A stretch of 64,000 bases of DNA. It comes from Hormiphora californensis (lineage: Eukaryota > Animalia > Ctenophora). The position numbers and the translations under genes are program-made. The notes under the pieces are model-generated. The model saw only the letters and a program-made list of their open reading frames with translations. It had not been told where the DNA came from and made no database searches. The DNA is taken from NCBI GenBank assembly GCA_020137815.1, contig CM035360.1, forward strand, positions 1,426,001-1,490,000, in the 5' to 3' direction. Numbering within the stretch: position 1 is the stretch's first letter; each line of letters begins with the position of its first letter. Positions 36,220 to 46,500 of the stretch are shown here, one piece after another.

Positions 36220-37127
36220 GACTACGTCTGCTCAAGTGTATTGCAGGTGTATGTTGGATGTGTGCATGGGGCGGCTACTGGTTTATTAAAATTATCATAA
36301 TTCGATGCTAAGTTATTATGGGTTAATTCAATAATGTTTATTCCCCTCTGGTCCTCTGGTCCTCTCTCTCTCTCTCTCTCTCTCACTCTCATTACCCTTT
36401 ATCTCTAAACCAGCCGGGGTATGTCGTATTGGGCTTTCACATCTACCATCACTGCGTATTAGAGAGAAAGAGAGAGAGAAGCTAGGAGAGAGATATAGAT
36501 AGAGAGAGATATAAGAGAAGCGCTAGAGTGTTGTGGGGATATAGAGCGCATAGAGCGATAGATCTCTCTCTCTCTCTCTCTCGCTCTATCTCTCTCTTCT
36601 CTATCTCCTCTCTCTCTCTCCTCTCTTCTCTCTCTCGCTCCCCTCTCTCTCCTTGAATTATTCACATGTGTTTACACAGCCGCACGCGGTACCAAACACA
36701 TGCTTTATAAACCTTTATATATTTAAGATCTTGCCGTTGTACGGACAGAAAACAAACGGACGAAAATATAGTGCCCTACCTATTATTCTAGCTATATTCA
36801 ATACAAATTGGATGACAATACGACTGTACATGTACGAAGATGTTCATAGTCACATGACTTGGTTAATTTGTGTCACACAAATTTACAGCCATCTTTAAAT
36901 GTTGAAGAAGATGAAGAGAGATGATGAGATAAAAACGAAAAGAGAGGGAGCAAAGAGCGCGATTCGAGAGCGAAGCGCTCGACAGCTAGCGCGCGGGCAG
37001 CAATCGTGATATCTGGATTGGAGATCATTGCAGGGGGAGAGAGCTAAAAGGATGGAGAGACAGAAATATAGAAAAACAGGATGTTAGAAGATACAGCGCT
37101 AGAAGGAGAGAGACATACAGAGATACG

Positions 37128-37194
<67 letters not shown>

Positions 37195-37736
37195 AGAGGA
37201 GGAGAGTCTCGCAATATCTCTCTGAGCGAGAGAGAGAGAGATATTTCAAGAGAGGGAGGGAGAGAGAGTAATTAGATAATCTGGCAGTAATGAAGTAATT
37301 CTTAGCCGTACACACACACGCACACGCACACGCATAGTTTTCATACTATACACACACACAGTGGCTATCCATTGCTTCGGTTCACGTGGGTGTCAATGAA
37401 TATCTTTATTATATAGACGTCAGTTGCTGTTCAACCACCACGCCCATATAAAATAAATACACATTTTAGATTTTGGATTCCAAAAGTGAATAAAGATTTT
37501 GGATGTGGAATGATATCCAAGATTCGAGGAAGCCTTTGACGTTGCCATCATGTATGATTGTGTAGCTACTAGCTACTACTATATTCATGTCGAATGAATG
37601 CTAAAGATAGCGCAGTGAGAGATGGAGAGATAATAGAGAGAGAGAGAGAGAGAGACGAGAGAGAGAGAGCAGAGAGAGAAGGAGAGCTCTCGCGCTCTCT
37701 CTCTCTCTCTCTCCTTTTATCTCTCCTCTCTCACGC

Positions 37737-37790
<54 letters not shown>

Positions 37791-38729
37791 TCTCTCTCCT
37801 CTCTCCTGCTTCTTCCTCTGCTCTAAGTCTTTCTCGCCTAGGCGTCTGCTCCATTTTCCTCATACCTTGCGCGCTCTCTTCTCTCTCTCTCTCCTCTCTC
37901 TCTCTGCTCTTTTTCTCTCTTTCTCCCTCACTCTCCCCCACGAGAGAGATGACATACCGGTATTGACGTGAAGCCCTCGTCTCCTCTGGTATACTATTCT
38001 TTACAATCACCCACACTGATTCCATGACCCTCTGTTGGGCCTTTTTCAATCGTTCTATCAATTTCTGACATCTGAGGAAGAGGAAAAGTGATTGACAAAC
38101 AGCTGGACTCCCTCTCTCTAGATCGAGAAAAGTAAGAGATAATAAAAAAAGATAATAACATACTTGACAGATGGTTATGCAATTCCTACCTGTCAAATAC
38201 TAGGCATAAAGCAATGACGTTTGGGTTGACGTTATGCTATATTTAGATGGTTTCAGTACTTTCAAAGTCTTTATGCCAAAAATTCTAAGAAAGAAAGGCT
38301 TTTCCGCGGAAGGATTTGAACTGATAACGACATAATGTTGACAACTTAATATGATTCTAGGAGGACAAGATATCAACAACTCAGTCGCTCGGGGGCGAAT
38401 CACTCACGAGCACATGCATAGTGTCGACCGTATCGCATTGACGAAAGTCGCGATAGTTCGTTAGGGTTTCCTAAACCCGACACTCCCAAGGAAGGAAGAT
38501 ATATCAACAGGATTCCTGTTGACAACACTCACCTATTGGGTTCTTTGCTCCCATCAAAACTGTCCAAATCATCAGCGATCCGCTGCAATTCCAGATCCGC
38601 ATGGAAGAACTTGGCAAGAGGGTTATCCGACCGCTGTAACAAAATCGGATCGATGGTGGAGGTTGAGGTGGAGTTGGATGTCAGGGAGAGCCGGAGCCAA
38701 CTTGGAAACTTGATACAAGGCATGGTCAT
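20947..38729 (-). CDS. ZFYVE28: Lateral signaling target 2 / ZFYVE28 (clear exons 38533-38729, 37958-38071, 34964-~35095, 31743-31832, 30540-30643, 29123-29179, 27245-27398, 23739-23842, 20947-21078; others obscured by errors)
   Basis: Lst2 motifs [11 protein letters not shown]...[28 protein letters not shown] and ISGIADQ, then a FYVE domain WVPD...[15 protein letters not shown]...VRVCDRC. Confidence 0.9.
21095..21245. repeat. ~20-bp minisatellite next to the last Lst2 acceptor
   Basis: About seven degenerate copies of ggttagaaaactagggagag. Confidence 0.8.
22865..22973. mobile_element. 109-bp hAT-type MITE
   Basis: 15-bp perfect TIR caggaaccgaccgaa / ttcggtcggttcctg and 8-bp TSD catttctc (22857-22864, 22974-22981). 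Confidence 0.92.
29691..30324 (+). mobile_element. Non-autonomous Helitron with both termini
   Basis: 5' TC(atactattattaaag), 3' hairpin tcgccc-gta-gggcga then CTAG. Inserted between A and T with no TSD. The empty site gatgaaaa|taattacta restores the flanking 29-bp repeat unit. Confidence 0.88.
30325..30458. repeat. 29-bp tandem repeat, continuing 29652-29690 on the other side of the Helitron
   Basis: ctccatgattccgatgaaaataattacta about four times. Confidence 0.9.
32015..32730. mobile_element. Palindromic non-autonomous DNA transposon-like element (error-rich sequence)
   Basis: ttgcccac/gtgggcaa subrepeats at both ends and an internal inverted pair ggtcccctctatcgattccaac / gttggaatcgatgggggggacc. 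Confidence 0.5.
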
Positions 38730-39884
38730 GTGTGTGTAATGGGTAACAGTGACCACTATGATAGACACAAGACGTTGGTAACGATGGGACGAAATGAGAT
38801 GGATTTTTAGGTCAACAAAAACAATCCTCCGGGCTAAGAATAGCTTCCGTGTTGTGTGTATATATGCAGGTCATGTGATCCTGTGCAGTGAGTTATGAAC
38901 AAGATGAGTAAGAGATAGGGAGAGAGAGAGGGAAAGAGAGATATGTATAGAGAAAGTGAGAGAAAGAGAAAGAGAGATATGTACTGAGAAAGAAAGCTGA
39001 GAGAGAGAGGGCAGTTGCCTACAAACTTCCGCAGTGTCTATACTATGTACATGTATATCGGAGAAAACTGCATGTTTGCACTATGTACTAGTACACGGAG
39101 TGTTCTACAGAATAGTCTCTTGTTGGAAGAGTGGTGGAAGTACCTTGTTGGAAAAGTGGTGCTTCTGTTGTTATGTTCTAACCCTCTTTTAAATTTGGGG
39201 CAAGGAGAGAGATGGTCGAGCAAGGAGAGAGTGTTTCTGTGCGTGACCCGACCACTGCATGATCTTAAACCTCCATAACCAGAGCGGCTAATTTTCTGTG
39301 GTTATGCGGTGAACGAAATACCGCTGTGGTGTTGTGGAAATATAATAAACACATTCTAACACTAAACCATGAACCATAGTATGTTACTGAACAGTGAACA
39401 GTAGAAATTGGAACTATTAGTTAGTTGAGTGACTGGGAGACCAATTAAATTGTTTGTTTCTCGAAAATATTCTAAGAAACTGGTGGGCAGTTGGTTGAGG
39501 TTTGAGTGAATAGGATACAGGTTGGGAACGTACCCGGGGGAGACGTGTGTGTGACATTTAAAGTACTTACCCTTGGTCTAAAGATGATGCGACGTAGGGA
39601 AAACATTGCACATTTTAACAACCCAGCAATCTCATTTAAAACCTGCCATACGATATATTTGATTAAACGAGGGAAAGATAGTGAGAAATGAGATGGAGGT
39701 CAAGGACAGGCAACAAGAAAGCACTGGAGCGAGCTTACGAAAGAAGGAGTTGAAATTAAAAGGACAGAGCACGAGAGAGGGATGGCGAGTGTGAAGAAGA
39801 TTTTGCACGTGAAAACTTCGGACTGTTTATGGGTTCAATTTTCTCTCTGAAAGAGAAGAAAGAGTGAGAGAGAGAGAGAGAGAG

Positions 39885-39949
<65 letters not shown>

Positions 39950-40462
39950 CTAAAGATAGAGAATGAATGGAACGAGTCTTCACAAGGAGGTAAGCAACGT
40001 GGTGAATTAAAGCGATCAAGTACACAATTAACAAGTTATAGCGACCCCTTTTTAAAACACGAGACAGTGTCAAGCAAGATGCATGAAAACGCCTGACCTC
40101 TGTCATCAATTTATGATAGCTCATAGTTTTAACAATAGCACTAGCATAATGGAATGTTCTCAAAACAAACTTTCAGGAGAGTCGACCACAGAGAACTATC
40201 ACTCTAAACAAAAGTCTGAATTCTAGAAATAAAATGTAAAGGCTAGAGCGGCTACTCAAATGTCAACTAGAATGCAATATTGCAATGGAAGCCGTAATTA
40301 TCAGTTATCACGGCTCTAGTCGAAATACAGCCAATGAGATAGGGTGTTTCAATAACCAAGAAGAAAAGGTATTCTGACCTCTGTATGGCTTTTCAAAGTC
40401 AAAATAAATAAGTCTGATTCAGAATAAATATGACTGAGTGCCAGAAAAATGTCATACAACTA

Positions 40463-41260
40463 TTTTTTCCCTACCCGGGTGATTGCCGAAGGCAATCACC
40501 CGGGATGATGTTTTTAGCACGCACGTGCTAAAAAGATCATTCAGGGTTTAGAAATCAGCAGATTGTGTAGTTAACTAAAATGTCCGTCCGTCCGTCTGTC
40601 CACCGTTACACATAGCAACAAAGTCTGCTCCTTCATAAATATTTCAACTCACACTTTGTTGATGCAACAAAGGAAATGATTAATACGCATTGTGGCGCGC
40701 AATTACTCACTCGTATCACTTCCTACTTTCACCTGAAATCACTTTGGGTACCCTACAGCCGTACCATGACGTGGTAGCAAGTCTTCCAAGCATGAAACTA
40801 CTATCACACAATAATTGCAAGTGACTGGTGCTAAGAATTAAGATGACTGAGGCCTGAGGGTAAAGGTGAAGCGCTTGGTCACCAACTAGGGTCTCCTAAG
40901 CAACTGTCTTAGTTATCATAGCAACTGCCTTGGTTACCATAGCAACCACCCTGGTTACCATAGCAACTAACATCGTATCAGCCAAAAATTGCTCTTAAAG
41001 TGCAAAATTCATCGGAAAATCTGAATTTGAAGCTCATTCATTAATTTTTCACCCATCTGGGGCAGGGAAACACCGCATTATGAATACATAATGCAATAAT
41101 TCTTGTTTATGGTTCCATGCCCCTACACCGACCACTGTCTGGGAGGTTCTAGAGGTAAAACCGCTCTTGTTAAAGGGTTCCTACCCCTGACCAGGACTAC
41201 CAGGCGTGCAGAGGAGTACCAAACCTCGGCCGGTACTAAAAATCAAGCCAAAAAATATAT
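40463..41260 (+). mobile_element. Helentron-derived (HINE/DINE-1-like) non-autonomous element; right end approximate
   Basis: T-run, perfect 14-bp hairpin cccgggtgattgcc-gaa-ggcaatcacccggg (40474-40504), second hairpin 40505-40540, (GTCC)n at ~40582-40600, ccatagcaac subrepeats. Confidence 0.55.
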
Positions 41261-41329
41261 TTTAGTTTCCAATCTTCCCGGGCCAGCGTCAATTTGAATG
41301 AGAAATGGGAAAAATGGTATTTACTACCA

Positions 41330-41553
41330 TAGTGGAAGAACTTACGGTAATTCCCACGCCCCGTGGGAAAGTTTTTCGACCGTGGGAAAGTTTTCAAACC
41401 GTGGGAAAAGAGAGATACATACAATAAGTATAAAAAATAAATCTTTTTTTCTTAGTTATTGTATGTATCTCTCTTTTCCCACGGTTTGAAAACTTTCTCA
41501 CGGTCGAAAAACTTTCCCACGGGGCGTGGGAATTACCGTAAGAGCTTCCACTA
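41330..41553. mobile_element. Foldback MITE with ~98-bp TIRs
   Basis: Near-perfect inverted arms tagtggaag...catacaataa / ttattgtatg...cttccacta with internal cgtgggaaa repeats, flanked by cca on both sides. Confidence 0.9.
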
Positions 41554-42153
41554 CCAATAATCCTTTGTCGCATCCTTTAAACATTATCAAAAGTATTGAA
41601 TATAATACAATTTTCATAAGACCCGAAGTCCGAACACACATCACACTGACCGCTGACGTTTTGTAGCGAAGACTTTGGCAAACGTTGCTGGCCCCCAGCG
41701 GGATAAGGCAGCGCTTTTCAGGCGAAGACTAAAAAATTCTGAAAATTTCTGAAACGGGAGCCCAATTTTATTCCTGAAATTCCTGAAAATTTTGGATAAA
41801 TTTGCGCGCGTGTGTGTGTTGACGCCGCGCAACTTCATAATTCGATTTGCGCGTGACAAAAATTTGGCCTATCTCGATGGGACCGTTTTTTGGCAGAAAT
41901 TTGGATCTTTATTTGGATGGTAATATACACAATTAATTAAACGCCCATCCTTTGGTTCAAATTAACTCTTAGAGTCATAAAATAAACATTGTTCAAAAAA
42001 ATTCAAAATAACTTTGCGCTCGAAACAAAATCAAAACTCATTACGTCATCAACTGTCATTTAGTTACAAATTTCTCAACAATTGTTTGTTATCATCTCTC
42101 AGAGCTTCGCCGTTAAACTTATTAAGTAAGCCAATAATTATTTACAGACAGAT

Positions 42154-43392
42154 ATGAATCAGAATACTGAAATGGCCCCTATTGCTACTGGGAACCCCAT
42201 TCCCACTCCAACTTCAGCCCCCACTCCCAGTCAAACTCAAAGTCAAATTTCAACTCAAAACTTTAATTCTCTTGACGAGGACTCTGTTTCTAATCTATGG
42301 CAACATTATATTTCATCATTTGGCTTCCTTCAATCACAAACGAGCGAAAGAGACAGTCAAGACGGAGCACAGACATTTCAAAGTCTACAAGGTATGACAG
42401 CAAAGGATGTCAATGGTGCAAATGCGTGTCCCGGTGCAATGCAGGCTACCGATTCGTATCTCAACTTTACACTAAACAAAACATGGGAACCAAAAGAGAT
42501 GACAAGGCACACCCTTTTGCCGCTTGCGCCTACAATGCCACGACGGAACTACCAATACAATCCAAACTCCTCGATAACCCGTGTCAAAGGATCTCTAAGT
42601 TGGGACGGATATTTGCCGCCAAGAACCCACGAAACGGGCGAGTTCAGCCGGAAGGTTTTCCTTGGAGGCGTCCCCTGGGATGTTACAGAAATACACCTCC
42701 AACAAACATTCGGCCGGTACGGTGACTTCAAAGTGGAATGGCCGAGTAACTTCAACGCCAAACGGAACACAACCAAGAGTTTCCTATACCTGATCTTCTC
42801 CAATCTTTCCTCCATTCCCTTGCTCCTGAATGACTGTGCTGTCGAGCAACATGGCGGGTCGGTCACCTACACGATGGGATTGTTGTGTGACCTCATGAGC
42901 AGACCCGTCCAATTAATACCCTGGTTTGTGGAGGATAATGCCGTACTGTACAAGGACCAGGATAGGGTGAACAGCAAGTTGACTGTGTTTGTTGGAGCTC
43001 TCCACGGGCGACTCTACGCACACGCTCTGGCTCATATTTTTGAGGAAGTTTTTGGTAACGTGGCTTATGTACAGATTGATACTGACAGATACAAATACCC
43101 CATTGGCTCAGGAAGGGTGACATTCGCTACATTTGATTCGTATCGGGCGGCAATCGAAGAGAATTATCTGACAATCGTGGCACCAAAATTCTCCAAAAGG
43201 ATTCAAATTGAGCCGTATATTGAGGATATTCCTTGTGGGATGTGCCGCCTAGTATCAGCACCGAACTTCTGCAAGAGTAGACTGTGCTTTGACTACTTCT
43301 GTGACAATTGCTGGGGATGGCAGCATTCAATTAAGGAGCTGAGGAGTCACCAGCCGGTGAAAAGGAATAGGAAGGCTGATGGACGATTCTAG
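42154..43392 (+). CDS. CPEB1: Cytoplasmic polyadenylation element-binding protein, CPEB1 subfamily, single coding exon
   Basis: RRM1 FSRKVFLGGVPWD, RRM2 TVFVGALHG...IDTDRYKYPIGSGRVTF and ZZ finger C..C...FC...CFDYFC..CW.WQH. Confidence 0.93.
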   Translation: MNQNTEMAPIATGNPIPTPTSAPTPSQTQSQISTQNFNSLDEDSVSNLWQHYISSFGFLQSQTSERDSQDGAQTFQSLQGMTAKDVNGANACPGAMQATDSYLNFTLNKTWEPKEMTRHTLLPLAPTMPRRNYQYNPNSSITRVKGSLSWDGYLPPRTHETGEFSRKVFLGGVPWDVTEIHLQQTFGRYGDFKVEWPSNFNAKRNTTKSFLYLIFSNLSSIPLLLNDCAVEQHGGSVTYTMGLLCDLMSRPVQLIPWFVEDNAVLYKDQDRVNSKLTVFVGALHGRLYAHALAHIFEEVFGNVAYVQIDTDRYKYPIGSGRVTFATFDSYRAAIEENYLTIVAPKFSKRIQIEPYIEDIPCGMCRLVSAPNFCKSRLCFDYFCDNCWGWQHSIKELRSHQPVKRNRKADGRF

Positions 43393-43569
43393 GGTGATCT
43401 CTCTTTTATCTAAATTATCTAAATTAATTTTAATGTAAGATGTAAATTATCTAAATATTACTTTTACTGTAACTTGTAAATAACCTAAGTTTTATTATGT
43501 TGTGTTCTTTCAGTTTCATATTGTTTTTCAATTTCTTTTCTTAAGACACTCGTTTCAATTTGACCAAAA

Positions 43570-46500
43570 CTAATCCGTCTTCTTCTCGGCCTTGTACCTC
43601 CCATCGCACCGTACCATGACCACTAGTAGTCCCAATACAAAGGGAGAGGATGCGGTGATGAGTCCCACCCAGTCACCCTGATACTGTGAGAGTGGTGCCC
43701 CAGCCAACACTCCCCCGATCTGTGACGTCATTATCATAGCCATCAGAGGCATCCAACTGAACTCTGCTGGAGCAAACTCCCTGATAATCAAACCGCTCAT
43801 GGCAGTGAAACCATACATTCCAAACCCATACGCAAACACCATCGGCTGGCATGCAGCATACGAGTCACCAAGAATTTTAATTCCCGCTGCAGCGACACAA
43901 CCCAACGTCACAAAAACCATCCCGGTTATAGCTCGACCATTATTCCGAGAATTGAGGTGTGAGTTAGTTATGAAATCTGCAACGAAACCACTCGCGGTCT
44001 GGCCCACAAACCCGCCCAACTCGTAACTACTCATCAGCAGCCCTGCGGCAAGGGGAGAGTCAATGTTGAGCCGGGATAAAAAGTAAAGTTGACCCCAAGT
44101 GCTCATGGCCATAATTGAGAAAGTGATGAAGAACTTGACAGCACAGTGACAGATAATTAGAGGTTGGATTAGGATGGCCCATGGCCAGGGCTGGGAGGTC
44201 GAGGATTTTTCTTCAGAGCTCTTGTTTTGCGTGTTAGGTACCACTACCAGGACGATTATACCTGGAGGAATAGATGGGGATGGTTAGGTTGGGAATTGGA
44301 TATAACATCAAACCCCAGTTCCCACTTACACCACCTAACCACCTTCCCACTTACACCACCTAACCAACCAATTTGAAAATGTGGTTCCCATGATAATATG
44401 ATTCCCAAATGACAAAGAGAAAAAGAAAGAGAGATGTGGGTTCTTGGAATCTATGAAAATCCTATGAAACTACAGATTTTGATAGCTGTTTGAAAGAACG
44501 ACTTCCCATCCTCCTTTGCATGTGAATACCAAGAATTCTTAGTATGACTTTACCGAACGCTGAATTCTTAGAACAACTGAGAACGATGAGAATCGAATGA
44601 TTTCTTAGGCCGGAAAAAACCCCATCGGATATGGACAAGAAGAGAAGCGGGTTTTTACTTCAAAGAACACGGAAATAACAGTAACACTGGGAAAATAGAA
44701 ATGTTCATGGTAATTATGATGGCGAGTCTTTACCCTGTGTTATGCACAAACACAACAACTAATCCTAAATTATATTCCAAACACGTCAGATAGAAGTTCA
44801 CGACTCCAAACATCTCTCCGATTCTAAGAATCGATTCACATTATGTCTCTTTTTGTCTGAGCTAGAGGGGCTTTCCTCCACGATGATATTCGCACACAAA
44901 GATGTAGGGTACACCATTATCTATCCCTCAGCTCCAGTCTAATAGGCTGGCTTGTTCCCCTATCGGCTGATGTCCGTTCCTTCTTCGTTTCACCCTTCTG
45001 TACCCGACAAAACCAACCACCCCAACAACACCCACTACCGCCACCACAACTAGCACATATAGTGGGAGGAGACTAGAGGAGCTCTGTTGACCAACTGTAC
45101 CTCCCTGGTCGGGTAATGGCTTGTTTTGTGAAGGAGCAGCCCCAATGAGAGGCTGGTGTTCCAAAATACCAGCTACCAAATCTACCCCTAGTTTAACAAC
45201 CTGTGTTTCACTATCGGTAGGTTCTAATTGGGTTGATCCATCCGCCTCATCTGAAATCCCACTAGGAATGTCCTCGCCGGCTGCAGGAACAGCTTCACTA
45301 GATTCATCTTCTAACTCTTCATCAGTAGTTTTATCATCAACCTCCCCGACTTCATCACTAGGTAAAGATGAGCAGATACAGTCACCTCCACCACAGCAGA
45401 CATAGGCAGAACCTGATTCGGAGAAATCAGCAACACTTCTCAAAACTCCACTAGTGTTGTAGTATTCAATAAACGTCGCCCTGGTTTCCTCAAACAACCG
45501 GAGTTTAAAAGACGTGTAACTATAGTTACCAAACTCCGCGGCATCTTCTCTTAAATCAAACGCTAGTGGGAGTTCATGTTCAGCTGTTGCTGTGTCGAGA
45601 TTGGTGATATTAGAATTACACGCTTCTGATCCGGTAGTTCTCCAGTATACTTTCTCATTTCCTTTTCTTATCACATTCACCTCTGTGGAACCCTCCTCGA
45701 AAAACACCATGGAGTCCCACCGCTCATCATTCGGATCGGCCGGTTGTTTCTGATGGTCATCCCAATCACTCACCATGCTCCTTCCATCAAATAGCCGGTC
45801 TGTTGGGAGGGTGATATTGACCAGCTCTGCAATAGTTGGTAGGATATCCAGCACAGACCGAGGATTCCTGGAGGTCGTTCCCTTGGTGACCCAGTTGTGA
45901 TAGACAATCCCAAACGGTACCCTAACCCCACCCTCCCAGGTCGTCCCAGCAGTCCCGGCAGTCCCTGGGAAGTTTGTCGTCTGCCAGAGTCCCTGAAAAG
46001 GTCCAACCTTGCCCCCTCGCTGACACATACTGGCCACTGGTGCCCGTTTAGATGTAACCACTCGCAGAGTGTTGTACTTGAGGTTGTTGTCCACCAGGAT
46101 ATCCTGGACCTTTCCCACCATCTCGTCGAGATTACCCAGGAGCATCTCACGTGTGGGGATATCGGTGTTAATCTTGGGGTGGTTAACAGCAAGGTGGGAG
46201 ATAACGGCAAAGAAAGGTTGGTCATTCTCCAGTGAATCTTCAACAAAACCCCTCAGTTTCCCAGACATGACATTGTTACTAAAGTTTGTAAATGTTGCCG
46301 GTTGTTGGACGACCTTCCCATTCTCAAAAAGTGGCAGACCTGTGGGTTTTTGGCAGGTGTACTCCAACAGGTCAGGGTTATCAGCGACAACACAGGAGTT
46401 ACCCCGAGAGTAGGGTGCCCCGTAGAAGTAATCAAACCCCCGGTCGGTCGGGAGGTACCCCTCGGTGTGCCCCAGATCCCAAACCCCAAAATATCCGGTA

